IMG/VR virus record: IMGVR_UViG_3300046028_008994
Source: a virus
DNA: 64,000 nucleotides
Reading direction: 5' to 3' (one strand)
Positions 1 through 9,596 of this stretch are shown here, in pieces. The notes under the pieces are model-generated. The model did not search any database. It was not told the origin of the DNA and saw nothing but the letters and a program-made list of their open reading frames with translations. The first letter of the stretch is position 1. Each line of letters begins with the position of its first letter. Position numbers and translations under genes: made by a program.

Positions 1-32
1 CTACAATACTTATTAATATAGATAGATAAATT

Positions 33-482
33 ATGAATAATTGGTTATACGAAAATAAAGAAATAATATCACTGGATGATTTCCCAACCGACACTTTTGG
101 GTATATATACATGGTAACTCATACTCCGAGCGAAGTATCGTATTTAGGGAAAAAATCGCTATATCACAACGTAAAGCGCAAATTAACCAAAAAAGAATTA
201 GCAGAAATGCCCGTAACAAGAGGACGAAAAGTATTAACAGAAATTGTTAAAAAAGAATCCGATTGGAAAACATATTTTGGGTCCGCAAAACCAATCTTAG
301 CACTGATAAAGGACGGTAAACAAGAGGAATTTACCCGTCAGATACTACAGTTGGTACCCAATAAAAAATTACTAACATACTATGAGTGTAAATATATGTT
401 TACTCATGGTGTGTTAGAAAATCCTGATAAATGGTTTAACGACAATATTTTAGGAAAATTCTACAGTAAAGACTTTTTATAA
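33..482 (+). CDS. GIY-YIG-like nuclease-fold protein of T4-like phages
   Basis: FGYIYMVT...SYLGKK and ESDWKTYFGS motifs, a degenerate GIY-YIG signature. Confidence 0.55.
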   Translation: MNNWLYENKEIISLDDFPTDTFGYIYMVTHTPSEVSYLGKKSLYHNVKRKLTKKELAEMPVTRGRKVLTEIVKKESDWKTYFGSAKPILALIKDGKQEEFTRQILQLVPNKKLLTYYECKYMFTHGVLENPDKWFNDNILGKFYSKDFL

Positions 483-490
483 TATTTATA
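481..490 (+). promoter_or_regulatory. late-gene motif AATATTTATA
   Basis: 4 nt upstream of ATG 495; recurs before more than 20 genes. Confidence 0.7.
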
Positions 491-494
491 ACAA

Positions 495-851
495 ATGAAA
501 CTAACAGATTTAAGAAAACTAATTCTAGAAGAATTAGCAAATATCCAAGAAGAAGCACACATCCCAGTAGATGAAATTGGTAAATTTTTTGTAGTTAAAA
601 AACCTAAAAAAGGTATGACTAAAGAAAATATGGTTCAAGAAGCTACTGTTTTTGATGATATTAAAGCAGAAGAAACATTGGGTGTTTATAAAAATAAATC
701 TGAAGCAAATCGTTTAGCTGGTGAAGCATTAAAATCATTTGAAGATCAACTTAAAGAAGTTGAAACATCAATGGAAGAATATAGAAGTGCTCAAAAAGCT
801 ATTAAAGAAAAAGCTGAGGAAACAAAAGCAAAAATCAAAAAAATAAAATAA
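495..851 (+). CDS. putative internal virion protein with N-terminal tag (MKLTDLRKLILEE)
   Basis: Shared amphipathic N-terminal motif, late motif upstream, coiled-coil C-terminus. Confidence 0.5.
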   Translation: MKLTDLRKLILEELANIQEEAHIPVDEIGKFFVVKKPKKGMTKENMVQEATVFDDIKAEETLGVYKNKSEANRLAGEALKSFEDQLKEVETSMEEYRSAQKAIKEKAEETKAKIKKIK

Positions 852-860
852 TTTTAAATT

Positions 861-885
861 AAGCTTGGAAAACCAAGCTTTTTTT
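861..885 (+). terminator. intrinsic terminator
   Basis: AAGCTTGG-AAAA-CCAAGCTT followed by a T-run. Confidence 0.8.
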
Positions 886-893
886 ATTATATT
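864..893 (+). promoter_or_regulatory. Bacteroidota sigma70-like promoter for primase
   Basis: CTTG(864-867)-N20-TATATT(888-893); same spacing at three other sites. Confidence 0.55.
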
Positions 894-899
894 AAGGTT

Positions 900-1829
900 A
901 TGTTAAATCAACCTTTAATAGCTTTGGTTAATTCTGTATTAGGAACAGGTAAATCTACTTCTAGAGGAAATTATGCATATCATTGTCCTTTTTGTAATCA
1001 CCATAAACCAAAACTAGAAATTAATTTTAACGAAAATGAAAAGGGTGAAAATCCTTGGCATTGTTGGGCATGTGATAAAAAAGGTAAAAAAGCATATCAA
1101 GTTTTAAAACTATCCCCATTATCACCTGAAATAATATCAGAATTAAAATCACTTACTAAAGGAGGATTCTCAGAAAAACAAATAACAGTAGAGGAAAAAG
1201 TAGAACTACCTAAAGAATATAAATCACTATTGAATATTAGTCAATTAAATATTATAGGTAGACATGCATTATCATACTTAAAATCTAGAAATATATTAGA
1301 AGAAGATATAATTAAATATAATATGGGTTATTGCGATTCAGGACCATATGCTAATATGATAATTATTCCTTCATACGATGCAAATGGTAAATTAAATTAT
1401 TTTACAGGACGTTCATTTAAAAAAGATTCATTTATAAAATATAAAAACCCAACAGTATCACGTGATATAATTCCTTTTGAATTATATATAAATTGGGAAT
1501 TACCAATTATATTGTGTGAAGGACCATTTGATGCAACAACAATTAAAAGAAATACTATCCCACTACTAGGTAAAAATATACAATCTAATTTAATGAAGAA
1601 AATTGTAAAATCTAGTGTTGACAAAATATATATCGCCTTAGACAGGGATGCTCAAAAACAAGCCTTGAGTTTTTGTGAAAAGCTAATGTCTGAAGGTAAA
1701 GAAGTTTATCTAGTAGATATGCAAGATAAAGACCCAAGCGAAATGGGTTTTGAAAACTTTACAAAATTAATTCAAGACACTTATCCATTAACCTTTTCTA
1801 GTTTACTAGGAAAAAAACTAACATTATGA
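900..1829 (+). CDS. DNA primase (zinc finger + TOPRIM)
   Basis: CPFC...HCWAC zinc finger; CEGPFDA and IALDRDA TOPRIM motifs. Confidence 0.92.
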   Translation: MLNQPLIALVNSVLGTGKSTSRGNYAYHCPFCNHHKPKLEINFNENEKGENPWHCWACDKKGKKAYQVLKLSPLSPEIISELKSLTKGGFSEKQITVEEKVELPKEYKSLLNISQLNIIGRHALSYLKSRNILEEDIIKYNMGYCDSGPYANMIIIPSYDANGKLNYFTGRSFKKDSFIKYKNPTVSRDIIPFELYINWELPIILCEGPFDATTIKRNTIPLLGKNIQSNLMKKIVKSSVDKIYIALDRDAQKQALSFCEKLMSEGKEVYLVDMQDKDPSEMGFENFTKLIQDTYPLTFSSLLGKKLTL

Positions 1830-2605
1830 TAGACAAAAACTCAAATATTATCCATGATCCTAAAATTAAACGAATTATACAATATAGTTCTGATAATAAA
1901 CAAATTAACGTATTAGATCAACGTTTTTACAGACGAAACGAGGAATATTATCCTTCAGTATCTAGTATATTAAACTATTTTCCTAAAAATAAATTTTTTC
2001 ACGATTGGCTTAAAGATGTAGGTCATAATAGTGAAATTATTGCTCAAAAAGCAGCATGGGAAGGTACACAAGTACACAATGCTATTGAACATTTTCTTAA
2101 TGGAAATGAATTAAGTTGGATTGATGAGGATGGAAATGCTTTATACGGTTTAGAAATTTGGAAAATGATATTAAAATTTGCTGATTTTTGGAATACACAT
2201 AAACCAGAACTAATAGCAACAGAATATCATTTATTTTCAGATGAATATAAATTCGCAGGTACTGCAGATATTATATGTAGAATAGCAGGAGTATTATATT
2301 TATTAGATATTAAAACATCAAATTCAATTCATAATTCATATAATTTACAACTAGCAGCCTATGCTCAAGCATGGAATGAAACACATAGTGAAAAAGTAAC
2401 AGATACAGGTATAGTATGGTTAAAAGCAGCTACACGAGGTCCTGCTAAAGATAAAATTCAAGGTAGTGGATGGCAATTAAAACAAATAGGTAATATAGAA
2501 CATAATTTTAATATGTTTACTAAAATATATGATATTTTTAAAATGGAAAATCCTGACTACAAACCATTAACTCAAACACTCCCAACTACTATTAAAATAT
2601 CATAA
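1826..2605 (+). CDS. PD-(D/E)XK exonuclease (Cas4/RecB-like)
   Basis: PSVSSIL, GTQVH, AGTAD...LLDIKTS, YNLQLAAY motifs; ATGA overlap with primase. Confidence 0.88.
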   Translation: MIDKNSNIIHDPKIKRIIQYSSDNKQINVLDQRFYRRNEEYYPSVSSILNYFPKNKFFHDWLKDVGHNSEIIAQKAAWEGTQVHNAIEHFLNGNELSWIDEDGNALYGLEIWKMILKFADFWNTHKPELIATEYHLFSDEYKFAGTADIICRIAGVLYLLDIKTSNSIHNSYNLQLAAYAQAWNETHSEKVTDTGIVWLKAATRGPAKDKIQGSGWQLKQIGNIEHNFNMFTKIYDIFKMENPDYKPLTQTLPTTIKIS

Positions 2606-2620
2606 TTTATTTTTTTCATT

Positions 2621-2630
2621 AATATTTATA
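2621..2630 (+). promoter_or_regulatory. late-gene motif AATATTTATA
   Basis: 4 nt upstream of ATG 2635. Confidence 0.7.
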
Positions 2631-2634
2631 ATTA

Positions 2635-3723
2635 ATGAATATCCTAGTTTCCTCATTAGTTGAACACCTTACCGAACTTATTACAGCTACTGATATAATA
2701 TGTAATAATTGTAATTGGAAGTGGTCTAAAGAAGATGGTGGGGATGATTTATATCTTTGCCATAAGTGTGGGTATGATAATACTTCTGATACTTTAAATG
2801 AATTAGGAGAAGGAAATGTTAAACCATTTGAGTGGCGTACTTTAGGTAATTATAGCATAGAAACTTATGTTGATAAATTAAAAGAAATGGCACCCGAATA
2901 TGGTGATGGTACATATCAATACGCCTTTAAATCAGATAATGCTGATTATGTTGTAAATGTTTTTATTAAAACTATACCACCTACAACAACTAATGGTAAA
3001 CACCAAATGTATATGGCTTTTGGTTTTGGTTTAAAAAGTGGAGGAGAGGAAATAACTAACTATCAAGAACAATATAGAATAATGGCTACTATGTTAGATA
3101 TTATATCTAATTTTGTAAACACAGTAGATGATAATATAGACGATGTAATTATTAAAGAAATTCAATTTCACCCCAAAGCAGATGATGGTATTGGCAATGA
3201 TGCTAATTCTAAAAGAGGTAAATTATATAAAGAATATATTGTTAAAAATTTAGATCGATTTCATAAAAAATATAAATTTTCATCAACACCTAAAGCATTA
3301 TATTTAATACCAACTAACGTATTTCCTGTAAAAGAAAATCAAACTAAAACTTTGGATCTTAAAGAAGGAATCGTACGTTTATCGAAATACATGCTCGATA
3401 ACGGATTAAATATTAAACCTCTACCTAAAATAAAATTTATAAGCAATGATAATGAAAATGCAAATAATATTTTAGGTAAAACAGCGTATTACAATCCATC
3501 AGAAAAATCAATTACTTTATTTACTTTAAACAGACATCCAAAAGATATTTTACGTTCATTTTCTCATGAAATGATTCACCACATTCAAAATTTAGAAGGT
3601 AGATTAAATAATATTCAAACTACTAATACAAACGAAGATGGTGATTTACCTGAATTAGAAAAAGAAGCATATGAAAAAGGTAATATGATGTTACGTAATT
3701 GGGAAGATAGTATAAAAAATTAA
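2635..3723 (+). CDS. modular protein: zinc ribbon + central domain + C-terminal HExxH metallopeptidase-like domain
   Basis: CNNC...CHKC; RSFSHEMIHHIQ...ELEKEAY zincin motif. Confidence 0.65.
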   Translation: MNILVSSLVEHLTELITATDIICNNCNWKWSKEDGGDDLYLCHKCGYDNTSDTLNELGEGNVKPFEWRTLGNYSIETYVDKLKEMAPEYGDGTYQYAFKSDNADYVVNVFIKTIPPTTTNGKHQMYMAFGFGLKSGGEEITNYQEQYRIMATMLDIISNFVNTVDDNIDDVIIKEIQFHPKADDGIGNDANSKRGKLYKEYIVKNLDRFHKKYKFSSTPKALYLIPTNVFPVKENQTKTLDLKEGIVRLSKYMLDNGLNIKPLPKIKFISNDNENANNILGKTAYYNPSEKSITLFTLNRHPKDILRSFSHEMIHHIQNLEGRLNNIQTTNTNEDGDLPELEKEAYEKGNMMLRNWEDSIKN

Positions 3724-3730
3724 TAACAAT

Positions 3731-4264
3731 ATGAATTACAATATTAGAGAAGACGAAGATAATCAATCATCATCAATACGCTTAGATCAAGATCTTATTT
3801 TAACAACAACAGAAAATATTCAAAAAGTCGTAGATGCCTTAGAAAATATTGATAATTATGGAATATATTTATCAAATATTAGAAAACCAAATACTAATAA
3901 AGCAATAGAAGATTATTTTGGTCCATCAAATCCTTCAAAAAAGAAAACAGCATTAAAAGCAAGAGGAGGAGAACCATTTCCTCTTAGAACAAAACAATCA
4001 GTAGATGATTTTATCAAATCACTAACCAGTAAACCTAATTTATTAGATTATAAAGTAGAAGGTAATACTATTATATTTCCTAAAGAATCAAATGAAACAA
4101 AAGAAAATATAAAAAGAATAATTGATACTGTTATGAAAAGTGCTGGCATTACTAAATATAAATTAATTAAAAAAGAAAGTGGTAGTTCTATAGAAGAAGG
4201 TAGAAAAATAAAACAAATCCGCCAGTTTATTAGAGAAGAAATCAAAAACATTATAAATAAATAA
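3731..4264 (+). CDS. hypothetical protein with tag-like C-terminus (IKQIRQFIREEIKNII)
   Basis: ORF in operon; C-terminal copy of the shared motif. Confidence 0.6.
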   Translation: MNYNIREDEDNQSSSIRLDQDLILTTTENIQKVVDALENIDNYGIYLSNIRKPNTNKAIEDYFGPSNPSKKKTALKARGGEPFPLRTKQSVDDFIKSLTSKPNLLDYKVEGNTIIFPKESNETKENIKRIIDTVMKSAGITKYKLIKKESGSSIEEGRKIKQIRQFIREEIKNIINK

Positions 4265-4270
4265 AATATA

Positions 4271-4837
4271 ATGAAAAATACGGTTTTAAAAAAAGAATTT
4301 AAGCAACGTGATGTAGAACGTCTTCGTAACCTTGTTCAAGGTAAATACGGGGATAGCACCACGATGGGGATAGGTTATGAAAAAGCAAAAGAATTCCATA
4401 GTGAGGGAGATGTGTGGGAAGAAGATAGTCGTACATGGACTATTAAGAATGGAATTAAACAAAATGTTACTAAATTAGATAAAGCAAAAGAAGGTATAAT
4501 TTTACCTTTATTTTGTCCTTGTTGTACTAAAGCATTAAAACCCCATTTAGACAAACAGTGGTATATAATGTATGGACATTGTTTTAATTGTCAGGTAAAT
4601 GCTGAGGCTGAATTACGTAAACAAGGTAAATTAGAAGAAGTCGAAAAACAAATAACAAATGATTATGTTGATGGAATGACTAATGATTTTGAAGTTTGGT
4701 TTGAAGAGTTAATAAATCAAAAAGACCAATTTATAACTGAGGCTGGTGATGTTGAAAAATGGGATGGTTCTGGTAAACAACAATTATTAAAAAATAAAGA
4801 AGAAGCACTTAAATATTTACACAGTTTGAAAAAATGA
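4271..4837 (+). CDS. hypothetical protein with zinc finger
   Basis: CPCC...HCFNC. Confidence 0.65.
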   Translation: MKNTVLKKEFKQRDVERLRNLVQGKYGDSTTMGIGYEKAKEFHSEGDVWEEDSRTWTIKNGIKQNVTKLDKAKEGIILPLFCPCCTKALKPHLDKQWYIMYGHCFNCQVNAEAELRKQGKLEEVEKQITNDYVDGMTNDFEVWFEELINQKDQFITEAGDVEKWDGSGKQQLLKNKEEALKYLHSLKK

Positions 4838-5445
4838 TAACTATGATTACTACTATAACCGTTGCATTAATAACAGCGGTAATTGGCCCTGCAGTACTAG
4901 AATGGATTAAACTTAAATTTAATAAACAATCTAACAAAGAATCCCTAATGAAAGAGGCAATTGATTTAAATGAATTGGTTGATCATCAGTTAGATGGTAT
5001 GATGGAAATTTTAGAATGTGATAGAATATGGATTGCCCAATTTCATAATGGAGGTCATTTTTATCCTACAGGAAAATCAATACAAAAATTTTCATTATTT
5101 TACGAAAAAGTATCTCCAAATACACAATCAATACAACACATATTCCAAAATATTCCAGTAAGTTTATTTCCAAAAGCATTAGCTAAATTATATAAAGATG
5201 GTGAATTAGGTATTTTAAATTATAATGAACATGAAAATTATGATTTACATTCATTTGCTTGTGATTATGGAACAAAATCATTTTATATGTTAGCAATCGA
5301 TGATTTAGACAGTCATTTTATTGGAGTAATAGGAATTGCATTTAATACAGAACATAAATTATCTAAAGAAGAATGGATATTTATACGTCAGAAAGTAGGA
5401 GCAATTGGTTCATTACTTACAGAATATTTAAATAAGAAAAGATAA
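4834..5445 (+). CDS. holin-like protein (one N-terminal TM helix + GAF-like domain, T4 gpT architecture)
   Basis: Hydrophobic N-terminus (TITVALITAVIGPAVL); DRIWIAQFHNG...FIGVIGIAF GAF-like pattern. Confidence 0.55.
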   Translation: MITMITTITVALITAVIGPAVLEWIKLKFNKQSNKESLMKEAIDLNELVDHQLDGMMEILECDRIWIAQFHNGGHFYPTGKSIQKFSLFYEKVSPNTQSIQHIFQNIPVSLFPKALAKLYKDGELGILNYNEHENYDLHSFACDYGTKSFYMLAIDDLDSHFIGVIGIAFNTEHKLSKEEWIFIRQKVGAIGSLLTEYLNKKR

Positions 5446-5448
5446 TAT

Positions 5449-5458
5449 AATATTTATA
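5449..5458 (+). promoter_or_regulatory. late-gene motif AATATTTATA
   Basis: 17 nt upstream of ATG 5476. Confidence 0.7.
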
Positions 5459-5475
5459 ACAAAACACACAAAATA

Positions 5476-6192
5476 ATGGAAAAATTTGATTACAAAAAAT
5501 TCTTAACTGAAAATAAATTAACCAAGGCCTCAATATTAAGAGAAGGTTTTGGTGCTTATGAATATGAAGAAGGTAAAGCTGAAGGTAAAGCCGAAGAAAA
5601 ACAAAAAATGACCAAAGAAGAATTTAAGCAAAAAATCAAAGAAATGATTATTGCTGAGTTAGATGGTGCTGCAATAACAGAAGGACCAGATGATGAAGAT
5701 TATGAAAAAGCAGGTCGTGAAGTAGAATACGGTATTAATCCAAATGATGAAAAACTTGATTTCAAAGACTTCTTTAATGATGATGAAATGATGGATGATG
5801 AAATGATGGATGATGAAGAAGAATTATCATATGATATACCTGGTTTTGAAGGAACTAGAGATGCATTAAGTGCTCTTAAAATTAGAGAAGCTAAAAAAAA
5901 GAAAAAAGAAGATACTCCTGAAGAAGATATAAATCTTGATTTAGGTGAAGAAACACCAGAAGGTGAAGAAAATTTAGATATTAATTTTAGTGGAGATAAT
6001 GCAGAACCTACAGATAATTTCAATATTGATACAAGTGCTGTAGATCCTAATATTAAAGCTGTTCAAGATGCTTTAACACAAGCACAAGCCGCAGCTGAAA
6101 AAATTCAAGATGAAAAATTAACACAACAAATTGGTAATACAATTACAATGTTTACTCGTACTCACATTGCTAATAAAGAACCAATTCGTTAA
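5476..6192 (+). CDS. acidic putative prohead core/internal protein
   Basis: MEKFDYKKFLTE N-terminus resembles the T4 capsid-targeting peptide; D/E-rich; many [ILV]xE sites. Confidence 0.5.
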   Translation: MEKFDYKKFLTENKLTKASILREGFGAYEYEEGKAEGKAEEKQKMTKEEFKQKIKEMIIAELDGAAITEGPDDEDYEKAGREVEYGINPNDEKLDFKDFFNDDEMMDDEMMDDEEELSYDIPGFEGTRDALSALKIREAKKKKKEDTPEEDINLDLGEETPEGEENLDINFSGDNAEPTDNFNIDTSAVDPNIKAVQDALTQAQAAAEKIQDEKLTQQIGNTITMFTRTHIANKEPIR

Positions 6193-6221
6193 TATAAAAT
6201 AAACAATAAAAAACAAACAAT

Positions 6222-6395
6222 ATGAACACAACAGAGTTATTAGAAAAAATCGAGTCATTATTAGTAGAATTAAAAGTGGAAAACGCTAAAACTACTAAAG
6301 CTGCTCATGGTCGCGCACGTAAAATTGCAGGTGAAGTTAAAGCTTTAGCTAACGACTATAGAAAAGCTTCAATTGCTGAAGACAAAGCAAATTAA
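6222..6395 (+). CDS. histone H1-like (Hc1-type) small DNA-binding protein, 57 aa; missing from the ORF track
   Basis: MNTTELLEKIESLLVELKVENAKTTKAAHGRARKIAGEVKALANDYRKASIAEDKAN; KAA.xRARK...(Y/F)RKAS signature; TAATG overlap with the next gene. Confidence 0.75.
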   Translation: MNTTELLEKIESLLVELKVENAKTTKAAHGRARKIAGEVKALANDYRKASIAEDKAN

Positions 6396-7468
6396 TGAAC
6401 AAAACCCAACTTAAAACAGTAATTAGAGAGTTCTTATCTGAAGATAAGGGCTCTCCTGTTATTGATGATAAGTACAAAAACACATTTTTAAATAAACGCC
6501 AAGAATATATCAATGCGTTATTAAAAAATAAAAAGAATTTAGTAAAACGTTATGGTAAAGATGCTGAAAAAGTATTAGTAGGTAGAGCAATTAAAGACGC
6601 TAAAAAATATATAGAAGACATGAAACAACAAGACATAAAAGAATTAGTAAGAAAACAATTAACAGCTGAATCAGAGTCAATAAACTCTAAACAATACATC
6701 TCAGAAAGAGAAGAAAATCCAGAAGATAAAATTACTATGGATGTTCCTTTATTTATTCGTATGTTAGAATATGCTCGTGAAGATGCTAGTACTGATGTTG
6801 ATTTACACGATGTTGCTAAAAAAGCAATCGGTTTAAGTAGTGAAGATAAAACATTAACTATGGATGACTATGAAACTATTATTGGTGAAATGGAATCATT
6901 AAATGAAGATGATTGGAAACAAGCGGATGATGAGTCTGATATGGCTGATTCACAATTAAAATCAATTCAATCAAATGCTTCTAAATTAATGAATATGATT
7001 GATAACAATGAGCAATTAGATGCTTGGGTACAATCTAAATTAACTAAAGCACAAGATTATTTACAATCTGTTAGTGATTATTTAACAGGTGAAGAAGGTG
7101 AAGTTGAAGAACTTTACGAGAAAAAAGCAAAAAAAGATTATGATGGGGATAATAAAATAGAATCACCTGAAGAAGAATACAAAGGAGTAAAAGATAAAGC
7201 TATTAAAAACGCAAAAGGATTAGCAAAAACTATTGCTAAAAAATTAAAAGAATCTAGTTATAAAGCACCTTCAAATTCAAAAGAAGCTCAATATTTAAAA
7301 AAAGGAGACGTTATAGGTAGTGGAGAAACAGTAGTTTCTGTATCATCGGGTGCATATACTCCAGGTGGAAAAGTTGATGTTACATTAGAAAAAGGCGGTA
7401 AAACTAGAACAGCTGTTTGGGGTAAATCTACTAAAATAGGTGTTAAAAAACCAGAAGACATTAAATAA
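6395..7468 (+). CDS. tagged modular (polyprotein-like) putative internal protein
   Basis: MNKTQLKTVIREFLSE tag; modules ITMDVPLFIRMLEYARE, LDAWVQSKLTKA, KDYDGDNKIE separated by ISE/LNE/LYE/LKE. Confidence 0.55.
   Translation: MNKTQLKTVIREFLSEDKGSPVIDDKYKNTFLNKRQEYINALLKNKKNLVKRYGKDAEKVLVGRAIKDAKKYIEDMKQQDIKELVRKQLTAESESINSKQYISEREENPEDKITMDVPLFIRMLEYAREDASTDVDLHDVAKKAIGLSSEDKTLTMDDYETIIGEMESLNEDDWKQADDESDMADSQLKSIQSNASKLMNMIDNNEQLDAWVQSKLTKAQDYLQSVSDYLTGEEGEVEELYEKKAKKDYDGDNKIESPEEEYKGVKDKAIKNAKGLAKTIAKKLKESSYKAPSNSKEAQYLKKGDVIGSGETVVSVSSGAYTPGGKVDVTLEKGGKTRTAVWGKSTKIGVKKPEDIK
6426..6455 (+). other. 13-bp RNA hairpin inside CDS, 30 nt after the Hc1 stop
   Basis: GAGAGTTCTTATC-TGAA-GATAAGGGCTCTC (two G-U pairs). 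Confidence 0.6.
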
Positions 7469-7992
7469 TGACTAAGTCAGAATTAAGAGATAAAATAAAA
7501 ACATTAGCTAAACAAGCTCTAATACCTAAATCAGTTGATTTAGATAAAGGAAACGATGTGTCTCTTGATGCATTAAAATTTCCTGTTTTAGGTAAATTTC
7601 CTGATCTTAAAAAAGTAATTGTAAGTTTACTTACTAAACAGTATGAGGTTTTTATGACTGATATTCAATGGGTAGCACCTCGTCCTACTACTTTTCGTAT
7701 TATATTAGGAAATAAAGAAACATTTTATTTAATTTATACTGAAAGAAGTTGGATAGCTAAAGTTGAAGGTAAAAAATATTATTTATTAAATTTAAGTGAA
7801 GAAGAATCAGCAGCCGAATCAATATCTAGAATATTATCATACGGTGCTCCTAAAGAAGAAGAAGATCCAACTGGAAATTTCAAAGATGAAATCCCAGAAG
7901 TAAATCCAGAAGATTTTTCTATGCCTGATACAGAAACACCTGAAGAGGAAGTACCTGAAGAGGAAGCACCTGAAGAAGCACCAACAGCATAA
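7468..7992 (+). CDS. hypothetical protein, tag-like N-terminus, acidic PEEE-repeat tail
   Basis: MTKSELRDKIKTL; C-terminal PEEEVPEEEAPEEAP. Confidence 0.6.
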   Translation: MTKSELRDKIKTLAKQALIPKSVDLDKGNDVSLDALKFPVLGKFPDLKKVIVSLLTKQYEVFMTDIQWVAPRPTTFRIILGNKETFYLIYTERSWIAKVEGKKYYLLNLSEEESAAESISRILSYGAPKEEEDPTGNFKDEIPEVNPEDFSMPDTETPEEEVPEEEAPEEAPTA

Positions 7993-8033
7993 CCTTTAGA
8001 TTTAAAATTCTTATTTTTAATAAAATAGAATAT

Positions 8034-8939
8034 ATGAAGAATATCTTCAAAAAAATAACAAATTATACTTATAATCTATTTTTTTATAAAAAAATATTTA
8101 ATTATTTGTTAAGAAAAAACATAAATACTAAAGAAAGTATTTACTTTTTACATTTATTAAATTCAATAAATAAAACAAAAGTATTTTATAATTTAATAAA
8201 ACAACCAGTATCTTTCGATATAACTAAAAATAATATATTTACACAAATCCCCGGTTTTATACCAGATGAATTAGAATATATTTTTGTGTCTATGAAAGAT
8301 TCAACTAAAGGTAATGTATCTTTAGGACCAGGTGAACTTTTTCTTATTATTTTCTTTGAAAATGTTACTCAAAATAGTATTAAAGGGGATTTATATATAA
8401 AAGAAATAGGAGAAGTAGAATTAAAATCAAGAACAGGAAATCATGGTTCTTTATTTGTATCCAAATATTATACTCGAGGTAGTTTTTCAACATCTGTAAA
8501 ACCTCACATCTCAACATTAATTAATAATCTTAGATTATCTACGGAACATACTTACCAATTAGAAAAATTTAATGTTAGTGGAGGACACAGTTGGTTAATT
8601 AAAATAAATAATATCTATAAACAATATTTAGAATATAGTGGGGATAAAGATTTATTTATACAAGAATTTAATAATGTTCTTAAAATAATGTATCCTACAT
8701 TTGGTATAAACATTACACCATTTATAACAGATACATTTAATTATGAAGCTTTTAATTTATATTTAACTCAATTATCATCTACTGAATATATCCAAACTTC
8801 TACTTTTAAAGGAATAATATTCGCTAACTATATAGGACATTTTAAATTTTTTAAAAATGAAGATTTTGTAGAAGCAATAAATAAACAAGAAATAAAAATT
8901 TCATATCCTTCTGATTTATTTCCTAGATTAAAAATATAA
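8034..8939 (+). CDS. putative PD-(D/E)XK (restriction-like) nuclease
   Basis: GPGELFL...KGDLYI...EVELKS catalytic pattern; very AT-rich, untagged. Confidence 0.45.
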   Translation: MKNIFKKITNYTYNLFFYKKIFNYLLRKNINTKESIYFLHLLNSINKTKVFYNLIKQPVSFDITKNNIFTQIPGFIPDELEYIFVSMKDSTKGNVSLGPGELFLIIFFENVTQNSIKGDLYIKEIGEVELKSRTGNHGSLFVSKYYTRGSFSTSVKPHISTLINNLRLSTEHTYQLEKFNVSGGHSWLIKINNIYKQYLEYSGDKDLFIQEFNNVLKIMYPTFGINITPFITDTFNYEAFNLYLTQLSSTEYIQTSTFKGIIFANYIGHFKFFKNEDFVEAINKQEIKISYPSDLFPRLKI

Positions 8940-8947
8940 TATTTATA
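8938..8947 (+). promoter_or_regulatory. late-gene motif AATATTTATA
   Basis: Overlaps the upstream stop; 3 nt before ATG 8951. Confidence 0.7.
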
Positions 8948-8950
8948 ATC

Positions 8951-9595
8951 ATGCATAATTTAAAAGAATTAATAAGAAAAGTGCTATCAGAGACCTCTAA
9001 AAAACCAGATTGTGGTTGTGGTTGTAAGGGTACTGCTAAGTGTTTTGATGCACCTATATTAAATGAAAGTTTAAAAGCGCGTATTGTTATGACTGAAAAT
9101 ATGCAATACCATATAGACGCTAAAACACCGCTATTTGAAACAACTTTACCATACGGTTCAAAAGAATATTTAAATTTATGGGCTGAAGCAAGATACTTAT
9201 ATTCTCGTGGTGCTTTAAATGTTGAAGGTATTGATAAAGAAAAAATTACTGAAACTAACTTGGGTGAATATGGAATATATGAAGGTAAAAAAGTACCTTT
9301 AGACTTACCAATGCCTGATAATGATATATTAACCGAGGCAGAATACCAAGGTCGTAAAGTAACTTTAGGTAAACCAATGCAGGGTGATGTTAAGAAATTC
9401 AAAGTATATGTTAAAAATGATAAAGGTAATGTAGTAAAAGTTAACTTTGGATTTGGTGGTAAATCAGCTAAAGGTAAAAGAATGGTAATTAAGGATAAAA
9501 ATCCTAAAAGACGTGCAGCCTTTAGAGCAAGACACAATTGCAAAAACCCAGGTCCAAGATGGAAAGCTCGTTACTGGTCTTGTAAAAAATGGTAA
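8951..9595 (+). CDS. tagged modular protein with basic Cys/His C-terminal module
   Basis: MHNLKELIRKVLSE tag; CGCGC; LTE|AEYQGRKV...AFRARHNC...RYWSCKKW. Confidence 0.6.
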   Translation: MHNLKELIRKVLSETSKKPDCGCGCKGTAKCFDAPILNESLKARIVMTENMQYHIDAKTPLFETTLPYGSKEYLNLWAEARYLYSRGALNVEGIDKEKITETNLGEYGIYEGKKVPLDLPMPDNDILTEAEYQGRKVTLGKPMQGDVKKFKVYVKNDKGNVVKVNFGFGGKSAKGKRMVIKDKNPKRRAAFRARHNCKNPGPRWKARYWSCKKW

Positions 9596-9596
9596 T

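Noticed and set aside
1826-2605. Cas4 as part of a CRISPR-Cas system
   Set aside because: No cas1/cas2 or array, and no four-Cys Fe-S motif. It is a primase-coupled phage exonuclease.
9513-9596. Upstream extensions of ORFs 9513, 11071, 20419, 29013 and 50493 in the ORF track
   Set aside because: They overlap upstream genes. Downstream ATGs (9597, 11086, 20512, 29040, 50577) fit coupling, the late motif or the N-terminal tag better.
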